From NCBI RefSeq assembly GCF_014378035.1, contig NZ_JACMOM010000320.1, forward strand, positions 1,495 to 65,494: 64,000 bases of DNA. The letters run 5' to 3'. Source of the stretch: Aeromicrobium sp. GTDB taxonomy: Bacteria > Actinomycetota > Actinomycetes > Propionibacteriales > Nocardioidaceae. The notes below the pieces were generated by a model that worked only from the letters and a program-made list of their open reading frames with translations, was not told the DNA's origin and did no database searches. Both the position numbers and the translations under genes were made by a program. Shown here piece by piece: positions 11,456-21,435 of the stretch (within the stretch, counting starts at the first letter, position 1; every line of letters starts with the position of its first letter).

Positions 11456-13189
11456 ATGCTCATCCCGCTCCTGCGGACCTATCTCGCCCCTTACAAGCGA
11501 CCCATCGCCCTCGTCCTGGTCTTCCAGCTCACCCAGACCCTCGCCAACCTCTATCTGCCCGGTCTCAACGCCGACATCATCGACAAGGGCATCGTCGGCG
11601 GTGACACGGGGTTCATCATCGACACCGGCATGACGATGCTGGCGATCACGGTGCTCCAGGTGCTGTGCACCGTCATCGCGGTCTACTTCGGCGCCCGCAC
11701 CTCGATGGCCCTCGGCCGCGATCTGCGTGCGGGCGTTTTCGGCAAGGTCGAGACCTTCGCCGCCCGAGAGATGACGCAGCTGGGCGCACCCACGCTCATC
11801 ACCCGCACCACCAACGACGTCCAGCAGGTGCAGCTGATCGTCTTCATGGCCCTCACCCTGCTCGTCGCGGCACCGATCATGGCGTTCGGCGGCGTGTTCA
11901 TGGCGCTGCGCCAGGATGTCCAGCTGTCGGGCCTGCTGTTGCTCGTCATCCCCACGCTCATCGTCAGCATCGGGCTGGTCATCCGGCAGATGCGGCCCCT
12001 GTTCCGACAGATGCAGACCAAGATCGACACGATCAACGGGGTGATGCGCGAACAGATCATGGGCATCCGCGTGATCCGAGCGTTCGTCAAGGAGGACTAC
12101 GAGGCCCAACGTTTCGGCGACGCCAACCGCGACAACATGGAGGTCGCCATCGCGGTCGGCAGGCTGATGTCCATGATGTTCCCCATCGTCATGCTGATCA
12201 TGAACGCCTCGGTGGTCCTGGCGACCCTGTTCGGCGGCTACCGGATCAGCAGCGGGCAGCTCGACGTCGGCACGCTGACGGCGTTCCAGAACTACCTCGT
12301 GCAGATCCTGATGTCGGTCATGATGGCGACGTTCATGCTGATGCTGTGGCCGCGGGCCGAGGTCTCCGCGGAGCGCATCACCGAGATACTTCAGACCGAG
12401 CCGAGCGTCCTCGCGCCCGACGGAGCCCCAAGGGTGCAGCTTCGTGGTGGCCGTGTCGACCTGCACGGAGCATCGTTCGCCTTCCCGGGGGCCGAGCAGG
12501 ACGTCCTGCACGAGATCGACCTCGTGGCGAGGCCCGGTGAGACCACCGCGATCATCGGGTCGACCGGCAGTGGCAAGTCGACGCTGCTGGGACTCATCCC
12601 GCGCCTGTTCGACGTCACCGCCGGGTCGGTCAAGATCGATGGTCACGAGCTGCGGTCGCTGCATCCGGAGGACGTCTGGGGGTCCATCGGCCTTGTGCCC
12701 CAACGACCTTTCCTGTTCAGCGGCACCGTCGCGTCCAACCTTCGCTACGGCAGGCCCGATGCCACCGACGCCGAGCTGTGGGAGGCGCTCGAGATCGCGC
12801 AGGCCACCGACTTCGTCACCCGGATGCCCCAACAGCTCGACGCGCCCATCTCGCAGGGGGGCACCAACGTCTCCGGTGGCCAGCGCCAGCGACTCGCCAT
12901 CGCGCGGGCCCTCGTCAAGCGCCCCCCGATCTACCTGTTCGACGACTCCTTCTCGGCCCTCGACTACGCCACCGATGCGGCACTGAGGGCTGCGCTGCTC
13001 ACCGTCACCACCGATGCGGCCGTCGTCATCGTCGCCCAGCGGGTGTCGACGATCCGCAACGCCGACCGCATCGTCGTGCTCGACGAGGGCCGGGTGGTCG
13101 GCACCGGCACCCACCCCGAGCTCATGGCGGCGTGCGACGTCTATCGCGAGATCGTGCTCTCCCAGCTCACCGAGGAGGAGGCGGCATGA
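11456..13189 (+). CDS. Heterodimeric ABC exporter subunit (TMD+NBD, degenerate Walker B)
   Basis: Six TM segments, GSTGSGKST, VSGGQRQR, IYLFDDSFSALD. Confidence 0.93.
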   Translation: MLIPLLRTYLAPYKRPIALVLVFQLTQTLANLYLPGLNADIIDKGIVGGDTGFIIDTGMTMLAITVLQVLCTVIAVYFGARTSMALGRDLRAGVFGKVETFAAREMTQLGAPTLITRTTNDVQQVQLIVFMALTLLVAAPIMAFGGVFMALRQDVQLSGLLLLVIPTLIVSIGLVIRQMRPLFRQMQTKIDTINGVMREQIMGIRVIRAFVKEDYEAQRFGDANRDNMEVAIAVGRLMSMMFPIVMLIMNASVVLATLFGGYRISSGQLDVGTLTAFQNYLVQILMSVMMATFMLMLWPRAEVSAERITEILQTEPSVLAPDGAPRVQLRGGRVDLHGASFAFPGAEQDVLHEIDLVARPGETTAIIGSTGSGKSTLLGLIPRLFDVTAGSVKIDGHELRSLHPEDVWGSIGLVPQRPFLFSGTVASNLRYGRPDATDAELWEALEIAQATDFVTRMPQQLDAPISQGGTNVSGGQRQRLAIARALVKRPPIYLFDDSFSALDYATDAALRAALLTVTTDAAVVIVAQRVSTIRNADRIVVLDEGRVVGTGTHPELMAACDVYREIVLSQLTEEEAA

Positions 13190-15108
13190 GCGGCCGCGGG
13201 CCCGGCGGTGGGATGGTCGGCATGGGCATGCCGCCCGCGCGGGCGAGCACCTTCGGGGTCACGTTCCGCCGCCTGGCCGATCGGCTGCTTCGCAACCGCC
13301 TTCTCGTCTGGGGGGTCGTGGCATTCGGTGTGGTGGCGACCGCCATGTCAGTGGTCGGTCCCAAGGTGCTCGGGCGGGCGACCGACATCCTGTTCACCGG
13401 CTACCTCTCGGGCCAGTTCCCCGCCGGCTCCACCAAGGCAGAGATCGTTGCTCGTCTGCGCCAAGCCGGCGAGGACAAGCGCGCCTCGCTGGTCGCCTCG
13501 GTCGACCTCAAGCCGGGCGCCGGCATCGACTTCAGGAGCCTCTACCTCGTTCTCGGTGGCGTGCTGGTGCTCTACGTCCTGGCATCGCTGCTCCAGTGGT
13601 TCCAGGGGCGGCTCACCACCGTCGTCGTGCAGAGCACCGTCGCCGACCTCCGCAACGATGTCGAGGCCAAGATCAACCGGCTGCCGTTGTCGTACTTCGA
13701 TCGCACTGACCGCGGTGAGGTGCTGTCCCGCACGACCAACGACATCGACAACATCGCGCAGTCGTTCCAGCAGTCCATGAGTCAGCTGCTCAGCTCGATC
13801 CTGATGGTCGTCGGCACTCTTGCCATGATGCTCGTCATCTCGCCGTTGCTGTCACTCGTGGCGGTGCTCACGCTGCCGCTGGCATTCGTCATCACGAGAG
13901 CCGTCACCAGGCGTTCGCAGCCGGAGTTCATGAAGCAGTGGTCCAGCACGGGGCGGCTGAACGGACACATCGAGGAGGTCTTCACCGGGCACGAGGTCGT
14001 CAAGGTGTTCGGGCGGCAGGCCGAGGCGCGTGAGGTGTTCGATCAGCGCAACGAGGAGCTCTTCAGCTCGGCGTTCAAGGCGCAGTTCATCTCCGGTGTC
14101 ATCCAGCCCGTGATGATGTTCGTGTCCAACATCAACTACGTCCTCGTCGCGGTGATCGGAGGCCTGCGGGTCGCATCAGGCACCCTCAGCATCGGTGACG
14201 TGCAGGCCTTCATCCAGTACTCGAGGCAGTTCACCCAGCCGCTCACGCAGGTCGCCTCCATGATCAACCTGCTGCAGTCGGGCGTCGCCTCCGCCGAGCG
14301 GGTGTTCGCGCTGCTCGACGAGAGGGAGGAGAGCGCTGACAAGGCCGACGCGCCGTTCCCCGACCCGGTTCGTGGCCGGGTGGTCTTCGAGGACGTGTCG
14401 TTCTCCTACCAGCCTGACGAGCCTCTGATCGACCACCTCGACCTCACGGCCGAGCCGGGTCAGACAGTCGCGATCGTCGGCCCCACCGGTGCCGGCAAGA
14501 CGACTCTGACCAATCTCATCCTGCGGTTCTACGACGTGCAGGGCGGTCGCATCACGCTCGACGGCGTCGACATCGCCCACATGGACCGGGGGCTGCTGCG
14601 AGAGAACTTCGGGGTCGTCCTGCAGGACACCTGGCTGTTCAAGGGCACGATCCGCGACAACATCGCCTACGGGGCGCACCGTGCCGTGGAGGCCGACGTC
14701 ATCGCCGCGGCCGAGGCTGCGTACGTCGACCACTTCGTCCGCACGCTGCCCGATGGCTACGACACCGTGATCGAGGACGAGGGCGCCAACGTCAGCGCTG
14801 GCCAGCGCCAGCTGTTGACCATTGCGCGAGCCTTCCTCGCCGACCCGGCGATCCTGGTGCTCGACGAAGCCACCAGCTCGGTCGACACCCGCACGGAGGC
14901 GCTGGTGCAGGGCGCCATGGAGCAGCTGCGTTCAGGCCGTACCTCGTTCGTCATCGCGCACCGGCTCTCCACGATCCGTGACGCCGACCACATCATCGTG
15001 ATGGAGGACGGCCACATCGTGGAGCAGGGCACGCACGACTTGCTACGGGCAGCAGGCGGCGCCTATGAACGTCTCTACTCGGCCCAGTTCAGCGGAGCGG
15101 CCAGCTGA
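13186..15108 (+). CDS. Heterodimeric ABC exporter subunit (TMD+NBD)
   Basis: ATGA overlap with the previous gene; GPTGAGKTT, VSAGQRQL, ILVLDEATSSVD, IAHRLSTI. Confidence 0.93.
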   Translation: MSGRGPGGGMVGMGMPPARASTFGVTFRRLADRLLRNRLLVWGVVAFGVVATAMSVVGPKVLGRATDILFTGYLSGQFPAGSTKAEIVARLRQAGEDKRASLVASVDLKPGAGIDFRSLYLVLGGVLVLYVLASLLQWFQGRLTTVVVQSTVADLRNDVEAKINRLPLSYFDRTDRGEVLSRTTNDIDNIAQSFQQSMSQLLSSILMVVGTLAMMLVISPLLSLVAVLTLPLAFVITRAVTRRSQPEFMKQWSSTGRLNGHIEEVFTGHEVVKVFGRQAEAREVFDQRNEELFSSAFKAQFISGVIQPVMMFVSNINYVLVAVIGGLRVASGTLSIGDVQAFIQYSRQFTQPLTQVASMINLLQSGVASAERVFALLDEREESADKADAPFPDPVRGRVVFEDVSFSYQPDEPLIDHLDLTAEPGQTVAIVGPTGAGKTTLTNLILRFYDVQGGRITLDGVDIAHMDRGLLRENFGVVLQDTWLFKGTIRDNIAYGAHRAVEADVIAAAEAAYVDHFVRTLPDGYDTVIEDEGANVSAGQRQLLTIARAFLADPAILVLDEATSSVDTRTEALVQGAMEQLRSGRTSFVIAHRLSTIRDADHIIVMEDGHIVEQGTHDLLRAAGGAYERLYSAQFSGAAS

Positions 15109-15187
15109 CGGATCGTCGTCGGGTCCTTCCCCTGGACCCACGCCGTCGGCCACGATGGCAGGACAGACCGATCACGAGGAGACCACC

Positions 15188-15607
15188 ATGGCGACCACGC
15201 TCAACCCGTACCTGAGCTTCCGCGGCCAGGCCAGACAGGCGATGGAGTTCTACCGATCCGTGCTCGGCGGCGAGCTCGGCACCACCACCTTCGGCGAAGC
15301 CATGCCCGACAGCGTCACAGCGGAGGAGCAGGACAACCTGATGCACGCTCAGCTCGTCAGCACGGCAGGGCTCGTGCTGATGGGTTCGGACGCCCCCATG
15401 TCGATGGCGTTCGAGGCAGGCTCGAACATCTCCGTCTCGCTCAGCGGCAGCGATGAGGCCGAGCTCACCGGCTACTACGACGGGTTCAGCGCGGCGGGCA
15501 CGATCCTCGAACCGCTGGCCAAGGCGCCATGGGGCGACAGCTTCGGCATGGTCAGGGACCAGTTCGGGGTGGTCTGGATGTTCAACATCGGCAGCTCGCC
15601 GGTCTGA
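15188..15607 (+). CDS. VOC/glyoxalase family protein (PhnB-like)
   Basis: LNPYLSFRGQARQAMEFYRSVLGG, MHAQL, PWGDSFGMVRDQFGVVWM; SD GAGGAG. Confidence 0.88.
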   Translation: MATTLNPYLSFRGQARQAMEFYRSVLGGELGTTTFGEAMPDSVTAEEQDNLMHAQLVSTAGLVLMGSDAPMSMAFEAGSNISVSLSGSDEAELTGYYDGFSAAGTILEPLAKAPWGDSFGMVRDQFGVVWMFNIGSSPV

Positions 15608-15624
15608 CCCGGTACCCGGGTGTC

Positions 15625-15975
15625 TCAGGCCTTCTTGACGATGCTCGACTTGAGCTGCATCGATCCGAACCCGTCGACCTTGCAGTCGATGTCGTGGCCA
15701 TCACCAGCATCGACGAGCCGGATGTTGCGCACCTTGGTGCCGACCTTGATCGACAGCGACTGGCCCTTCACCTTGAGGTCCTTGATCACGGTGACGGAGT
15801 CGCCGTCGGCGAGAACATTGCCGAAGGCGTCCTTCACCAGACGTTCACCGGGGGAGTCGTCGGTGTCTGCGGCATCTGACGCCGACCACTCGTGGGCGCA
15901 CTCGGGGCACACCAGCAGCGTGCCCATCTCATAGGTGTACTCGCATGAGCACTGGGGGCATGGCGGCAGGTTCAC
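15625..15975 (-). CDS. phnA: Zinc-ribbon PhnA/YjdM family protein
   Basis: CPQC...[37 protein letters not shown]. Start placed at the GTG 6 nt after TAGCCT. Confidence 0.9.
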   Translation of the reverse strand: MNLPPCPQCSCEYTYEMGTLLVCPECAHEWSASDAADTDDSPGERLVKDAFGNVLADGDSVTVIKDLKVKGQSLSIKVGTKVRNIRLVDAGDGHDIDCKVDGFGSMQLKSSIVKKA

Positions 15976-16035
15976 GGGCACAGGCTATCTGCACCTCACT
16001 GTCACTTGGTTGATGGCTGTCACGACAATGGGCAC

Positions 16036-16806
16036 ATGAGCCACGTTCGCTACGACGTCGACGACTCCATCTGCACGATCACGATGGACAGGCCGGAAGT
16101 GCGCAATGCCGTCGACGGCCCGATGGCCGCCGGACTGCACGACGCGTTCCTCCGGTTCGAGGAGGACGACTCGTTGGCGGTCGCCGTGCTCACCGGTGCT
16201 GGTGGGACATTCTGTTCCGGCGCCGATCTGTCCGCAGTCGACGATCCCGACCGCCGACCCGAGCTGGACCCCGAGGGGCTGGGCCGTGGGCCGATGGGCC
16301 CCAGCAGGATGCAATTGCGCAAGCCAGTCATTGCCGCGGTCGCGGGTCACGCGGTCGCCGGTGGGCTCGAGCTGGCTCTTCTTGCCGACCTCCGCGTCGT
16401 CGAGGAGGACGCCGTCTTCGGTGTGTTCTGCCGACGCTGGGGGGTGCCGTTGATCGACGGAGGGACGGTGCGACTGCCGCGCATCGTGGGCCAGGGCCGG
16501 GCGCTCGACATGATCCTCACCGGTCGACCCGTCGATGCGCACGAGGCGCTGCAGATGGGTCTGGCCAACCGGGTCGTGCCGGTGGGGGAGTCGCTCACCG
16601 TCGCACATGCACTGGCCGAGCAGATTGCTGCCTTCCCGGCGGAGTGCATGCGGGCCGACCGGGCGTCTGCCTACCGGCAGTGGGACCTGCCGCTCGATGC
16701 GGCTCTGCGGTTTGAAGGTGTTCAGGGTGTCCCGATCGTGCTGCTCGAGGGCGTCGACGGGGCAGCTCGTTTCACCCGTGGTGAGGGGCGCCACGGCGAC
16801 TTCTGA
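16036..16806 (+). CDS. Crotonase/enoyl-CoA hydratase family protein (EchA5-like)
   Basis: RPEVRNAVD, FCSGADL, GHAVAGGLELAL, FGVFCRRWGVPLIDGG. Confidence 0.9.
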   Translation: MSHVRYDVDDSICTITMDRPEVRNAVDGPMAAGLHDAFLRFEEDDSLAVAVLTGAGGTFCSGADLSAVDDPDRRPELDPEGLGRGPMGPSRMQLRKPVIAAVAGHAVAGGLELALLADLRVVEEDAVFGVFCRRWGVPLIDGGTVRLPRIVGQGRALDMILTGRPVDAHEALQMGLANRVVPVGESLTVAHALAEQIAAFPAECMRADRASAYRQWDLPLDAALRFEGVQGVPIVLLEGVDGAARFTRGEGRHGDF

Positions 16807-16997
16807 CTGCACCCGGGCGGACAGCTCGATGCCGGATTGGAGCCTGCCCCGGAGTTCTGGCAGAATGATTCCTTGCGTCCGGAACGCGCGAGGACCCTCT
16901 CATCTTCGCGCCACCCGGCTCACCGATTTCGTCGGCCGTGTCCCCATGCGGCACCGGCAGGTCATCACATTCAAAATTCCAAGGAGACACCACACTC

Positions 16998-17594
16998 GTG
17001 GCAGTCAAGATTCGCCTGAAGCGTATGGGCAAGATCCGCACCCCGTTCTACCGCATCGTCGTCGCCGACTCGCGCACCAAGCGCGACGGTCGGGTCATCG
17101 AGGAGATCGGCACGTACAACCCCAAGGCCGACCCGTCGATCATCACGGTCAACGGTGAGCGCGCTCAGTACTGGCTCGGAGTCGGCGCTCAGCCGACCGA
17201 GGCCGTCGCTGCGCTCCTGAAGATCACCGGCGACATCGGTGGCAAGAACACCATGAAGTTCGCCGAGGAGAAGCGCAGCAAGGAAGACATCTTCCAGGAC
17301 GCCCTCAAGGAGATGCACAGCGAGAGCAAGTCTGACGCGACGACCAAGAAGGCGGCCGCTAAGAAGGCCGCCGCCAAGGTCGAGGAGCCGAAGGCCGACG
17401 ACGCCAAGGCCGACAAGCCCAAGGCTGACAAGCCGAAGGCTGATGACGCCAAGGCTGACAAGCCGAAGGCCGACGACGCGAAGGCTGAGGAGCCGAAGGC
17501 TGATGACGCCAAGGCCGAGACGCCGAAGGCTGATGACGCCAAGGCTGAGGAGCCGAAGGCTGATGAGGCTCCCGCTGACGGGGCCAAGGCCTGA
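16998..17594 (+). CDS. rpsP: 30S ribosomal protein S16 with repetitive C-terminal tail
   Basis: [41 protein letters not shown]; SD AAGGAG before the GTG. Confidence 0.97.
   Translation: MAVKIRLKRMGKIRTPFYRIVVADSRTKRDGRVIEEIGTYNPKADPSIITVNGERAQYWLGVGAQPTEAVAALLKITGDIGGKNTMKFAEEKRSKEDIFQDALKEMHSESKSDATTKKAAAKKAAAKVEEPKADDAKADKPKADKPKADDAKADKPKADDAKAEEPKADDAKAETPKADDAKAEEPKADEAPADGAKA
17376..17570 (+). repeat. Coding tandem repeat of 13 x 15 bp ([15 protein letters not shown] pentapeptides) in rpsP
   Basis: Thirteen consecutive pentapeptides beginning with Lys; near-identical AAGGC(C/T)GA.. units in the DNA. Confidence 0.9.
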
Positions 17595-17596
17595 TC

Positions 17597-17848
17597 GTGG
17601 CCGCCCCCCTCATCGAGGTCATCGAGCATCTCGTCTCCGGCATTGTCGACAGTCCTGACGATGTCGTCGTGCGTGCCAAGCAGACCCGCAACGGCGAGCT
17701 GTTCGAGGTCAGGGTCAACCCCGACGACCTCGGCAAGGTCATCGGTCGCCAGGGCCGCACGGCCACGGCCATCCGCAAGGTCGCGGGCGCAATCGCCGGA
17801 AGTGGCGGCGCGCGCATCGACTTCGTGGACGTCGACCGCCGGAGCTGA
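17597..17848 (+). CDS. khpA: KH-domain RNA-binding protein
   Basis: VNPDDLGKVIGRQGRTA (GxxG loop); lies between rpsP and rimM. Confidence 0.92.
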   Translation: MAAPLIEVIEHLVSGIVDSPDDVVVRAKQTRNGELFEVRVNPDDLGKVIGRQGRTATAIRKVAGAIAGSGGARIDFVDVDRRS

Positions 17849-17851
17849 TCC

Positions 17852-18382
17852 GTGCAGGTCGTCATCGGCCGCATCGGCCGCGCACACGGCATCCGCGGAG
17901 AGCTGAACGTCGACATCCGCACTGACGAGCCCGAACGGCGATTCGCCCCGGGCTCGTCAGTCGTCTGTGGCGACCGCACGCTCACCATCGCGACGTCCAG
18001 ACACCACAGCGGACGACTCGTCGTCTCTTTCACCGAGATCCCCGACCGCACCGCCGCAGAGGGCCTGCACGGTCGGACCATCGAGATGCTGATCGACCCG
18101 AGCGATGTCCCGCACGACCCCGAGGAGTTCTACGACCACCAGCTCGTCGGGCTCGAGGTGCGTGCCGGTGGCGTGGCCGTGGGCGTCGTCACCGGCATCT
18201 TGCATCTTCCGCACCAGGACACCCTGACCGTCGACATCGACGGTCGCGAGGTGTTCGTGCCCTTCGTCACCGAGCTCGTCCCTGTGATCGACGTCCCCGG
18301 CGGTTTTGTCACGGTCAAGGACATCGACGGTTTGCTCGACCCGACCAAGGCCGACAACGCTGCCACTGATTCGACGTCCTGA
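17852..18382 (+). CDS. rimM: Ribosome maturation factor RimM
   Basis: [34 protein letters not shown]. Confidence 0.95.
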   Translation: MQVVIGRIGRAHGIRGELNVDIRTDEPERRFAPGSSVVCGDRTLTIATSRHHSGRLVVSFTEIPDRTAAEGLHGRTIEMLIDPSDVPHDPEEFYDHQLVGLEVRAGGVAVGVVTGILHLPHQDTLTVDIDGREVFVPFVTELVPVIDVPGGFVTVKDIDGLLDPTKADNAATDSTS

Positions 18383-18389
18383 GGTCCGC

Positions 18390-19070
18390 ATGCAGATCGA
18401 TGTCGTCTCCATCTTCCCGGCCTACCTCGACGTCCTGCAGCTGTCACTCGCGGGCAAGGCGCAGTCGTCCGGCCTGCTGCAGTTCGCGGCGCACGACCTA
18501 CGTGACTTCACTCGCGACAAGCATCGCAGCGTCGACGACACCCCTTACGGCGGCGGTGCGGGCATGGTCATGAAACCCGAGCCGTGGGGAGCTGCGCTCG
18601 ATGCTTTGACGACGGGGGCCACCGTCGTCATCGTGCCGACGCCGTCGGGCACCCCCTTCACCCAGCGCGACGCCGAGAGGCTCAGCGCCGTGCCGCACCT
18701 GCTCTTCGCCTGCGGACGCTACGAGGGCATCGACCAGCGAGTCATCGATCATGCGGCGGAACGGGGGCGGGTCGAGGAAATTTCTCTCGGCGACTTCGTG
18801 CTCAACGGGGGAGAGGTGGCGGCGCTGGCCATGATCGAGGCGATAGTGCGGCTGATTCCCGGCTTCATGGGCAACGCGGGTTCGCTCGTCGAGGAATCGC
18901 ACGGCGAGGCCGGCCTGCTCGAGTACCCCGTGTACACCAAGCCGTCCAGCTGGCGCGGGCTCGACGTGCCCGACGTGCTGCTGTCGGGCAACCATGGCGC
19001 CATTGCCGCGTGGCGTCTCGAGCAGGCCCGTGCGCGCACGCAGGAACGCCGTCCCGACCTTCTCGGCTGA
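18390..19070 (+). CDS. trmD: tRNA (guanine-N1)-methyltransferase
   Basis: [48 protein letters not shown]. Confidence 0.97.
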   Translation: MQIDVVSIFPAYLDVLQLSLAGKAQSSGLLQFAAHDLRDFTRDKHRSVDDTPYGGGAGMVMKPEPWGAALDALTTGATVVIVPTPSGTPFTQRDAERLSAVPHLLFACGRYEGIDQRVIDHAAERGRVEEISLGDFVLNGGEVAALAMIEAIVRLIPGFMGNAGSLVEESHGEAGLLEYPVYTKPSSWRGLDVPDVLLSGNHGAIAAWRLEQARARTQERRPDLLG

Positions 19071-19100
19071 GCCGCCGCGCCGGTTGCGAGGGGACAGCGG

Positions 19101-19493
19101 TCAGAGGTCACCCTCGAGGAACTGGGCGCGACCGTAGCCGAACGACCAGTCGGCCTGGGTGTTCTCGACGACCGAGACCACGAGGTCCTTCGGGTCGAGG
19201 CCGACGCTGTCGTGCAGCCGTGACGCCAGCGCGGCGTAGAGCGCGGTCTTCTGTGCGGTGTTGCGACCCTGCTGCGTGACCTGCACGATGACCACGTCGT
19301 CAGACCGCTCGAAGCCGAGTCCGGTGTCGAGCGCGATGATCCGACCAGGCCGGTGTTCGCTGATCACCTGATAGCGATCGCGCTCGGGCGCTGCAAAGAC
19401 GTCGACCATCACGTCCTGCACAGTTTGGGCGAGGTCGGAAAGCCGGTCGTCGGACCAGCGGTCCTGGATGACGTCGATACGAACGAGCGGCAC
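19101..19493 (-). CDS. Tautomerase superfamily protein (MSAD/YusQ-like)
   Basis: Starts (M)PLVRIDV with the catalytic Pro-1; APERDRYQVI, DWSFGYGRAQF; SD AGGAGGA. Confidence 0.88.
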   Translation of the reverse strand: MPLVRIDVIQDRWSDDRLSDLAQTVQDVMVDVFAAPERDRYQVISEHRPGRIIALDTGLGFERSDDVVIVQVTQQGRNTAQKTALYAALASRLHDSVGLDPKDLVVSVVENTQADWSFGYGRAQFLEGDL

Positions 19494-19714
19494 GGATTCC
19501 TCCTGCGGATGGCGGTGGGTTGACGTCGGTGCAACGTTGGACGGTGGCCAGGTGTTCCTGCGACCGACGCGATTTCCTGTGCACCGCACGCGTGTGGCAA
19601 CATTGACCCTTGGCGCTGGACGGATCTGCCGCAGGGGACCGTCGCACACCGCCGCTCAACCTTCACACACGAACCGATCCGTGGGTGACCTGTGGCACCA
19701 CCGAGGAGCAGACC

Positions 19715-20065
19715 ATGACCAACATCATCGATCAGGTTGCGAGCGCATCACTGCGCACCGACCTCCCCGACTTCCGCGCCGGTGACACGCTTGACGTGCA
19801 CGTCAAGGTCATCGAGGGCAGCCGCTCGCGCATCCAGGTCTTCAAGGGTGTCTGCATCAAGGTGCAGGGCTCGGGTGTCGGCCGCACGTTCACGGTCCGC
19901 AAGGTCAGCTTCGGTGTCGGTGTCGAGCGCACGTTCCCGCTCCACACACCTGTGATCGACAAGATCGAGGTCGCCATCCGCGGTGACGTCCGACGGGCCA
20001 AGCTCTACTACCTGCGCAACCTCCGCGGCAAGGCCGCGAAGATCAAGGAAAAGCGCGACGTCTGA
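19715..20065 (+). CDS. rplS: 50S ribosomal protein L19
   Basis: [37 protein letters not shown]. Confidence 0.98.
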   Translation: MTNIIDQVASASLRTDLPDFRAGDTLDVHVKVIEGSRSRIQVFKGVCIKVQGSGVGRTFTVRKVSFGVGVERTFPLHTPVIDKIEVAIRGDVRRAKLYYLRNLRGKAAKIKEKRDV

Positions 20066-20102
20066 GCGCCGGTCCGTTGATAGCCCCGGCTAGGCTCTGC
20101 GC

Positions 20103-20768
20103 GTGACCCAGAAGAGCCAGAAAAGACAGTTGCCCGTCTGGCAGGAGTCGATTCTCCTGGTCGTCACCGCCATGGTGATGGCAGTCATCGTCAAGACGTT
20201 CTTCCTGCAGGCGTTTTACATTCCATCGGAGTCGATGGAGCCCACGATGCTCGTCAACGACAAGATCTTGGTGCAGAAGGTCTCCTACTGGACTGGTGAC
20301 GTCAAGCGTGGCGACATCGTCGTCTTCGACGATCCGGGAGGGTGGCTCGACGCGGCCGACTCGCGCAAGGCGAACAACCCGTTGCAGCGCGCGCTCGAGA
20401 CGGTGGGGCTCTTCCCGACTGGTGGCCATCTCATCAAGAGGGTCGTCGGTGTCGGTGGCGACGAGGTCAAGTGCTGCAGCGACGGCAAGCTCACCGTCAA
20501 CGGCACCAAGCTCGATGAGCCCTACCTGCTCGACGAGTCGGCCACGAAGGACATCGTCTTCGACGTCAAGGTGCCGAAGAACCACCTCTGGGTGATGGGC
20601 GACAACCGGGGCAACTCGGCCGACTCGCGCGTGCACCAGGGCGATCCGGGCGGCGGGTTCATCCGTGAGCAGACCGTGGTCGGCAAGGCATGGCTCCGAG
20701 TGTGGCCACTGGGTCGTGCCGGGTTCATCCACAAGCCCGAGGCCTTTGCCGGCGTCAACGGCAAATGA
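20103..20768 (+). CDS. lepB: Signal peptidase I
   Basis: FYIPSESMEPT (Ser), LIKRVVG (Lys), MGDNRGNSADSR. Confidence 0.96.
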   Translation: MTQKSQKRQLPVWQESILLVVTAMVMAVIVKTFFLQAFYIPSESMEPTMLVNDKILVQKVSYWTGDVKRGDIVVFDDPGGWLDAADSRKANNPLQRALETVGLFPTGGHLIKRVVGVGGDEVKCCSDGKLTVNGTKLDEPYLLDESATKDIVFDVKVPKNHLWVMGDNRGNSADSRVHQGDPGGGFIREQTVVGKAWLRVWPLGRAGFIHKPEAFAGVNGK

Positions 20769-21409
20769 CTCGTCTGGCCAAGGGTGCGACCATCCGGCGC
20801 GACGCTGGGCTCTACGGCTACGAGCGTGCCCTCGCCCGTCAGGGCCTCCACCCGGTGGCAGGCGTCGACGAGGCGGGTCGGGGGGCGTGCGCCGGACCGT
20901 TGGTCGCCTCGGCGGTCGTGCTCGATCGGTCCATCGCCGGTCTCGCCGACTCCAAGCTGCTCTCACAGCGGCGCCGCGAGGTGTGCTTCGACCTCATCAT
21001 GGAGCGCGCGGTCGACGTGGCGGTCGTGATCGTGCAGGCAGCCGAGTGCGATCGGATGGGCTTGCACGTGGCCAATATTGCGGCCTTGCGGCGAGCTCTC
21101 GCCCGTCTCACGGTGCGTCCCGGCTACGTGCTCACCGACGGCTTTCCCGTCGACGGTCTCGGGGTGCCCGGGCTCGCGGTGTGGAAGGGCGATCGGGTCG
21201 CGGCATCGATTGCTGCGGCGTCTGTCATCGCCAAGGTGACACGCGACCGCATCATGGTGCAGATGCACGGGGACTTCCCGGCATACGATTTCGCCACGCA
21301 CAAGGGTTACTGCACGGCTGTGCACCAAGACGCGCTCCGGCTGCACGGGCCGTGCGACGAGCACCGCAAGACCTACGTGAACGTACGAGCCGCCATGGAG
21401 GACCGATGA
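20765..21409 (+). CDS. rnhB: Ribonuclease HII
   Basis: AGVDEAGRGACAGP, LADSK, KGDRVAASIAAASVIAKVTRD, HKGY. Confidence 0.96.
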   Translation: MTRLAKGATIRRDAGLYGYERALARQGLHPVAGVDEAGRGACAGPLVASAVVLDRSIAGLADSKLLSQRRREVCFDLIMERAVDVAVVIVQAAECDRMGLHVANIAALRRALARLTVRPGYVLTDGFPVDGLGVPGLAVWKGDRVAASIAAASVIAKVTRDRIMVQMHGDFPAYDFATHKGYCTAVHQDALRLHGPCDEHRKTYVNVRAAMEDR

Positions 21410-21435
21410 CCGAGAGCACCGAGGTGAAGGCATGA
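21406..21435 (+). CDS. Putative 9-aa coupling micro-ORF (MTESTEVKA)
   Basis: ATGA overlap with the rnhB stop and ATGA overlap with the DUF2469 start; GGAGGA just upstream. Confidence 0.35.
   Translation: MTESTEVKA

Noticed and set aside
7924-13114. Long minus-strand ORFs 7924-9918 and 10217-13114
   Set aside because: They are antisense shadows of ffh, gntK, gntP and the ABC gene, caused by GC3 bias; no protein motifs.
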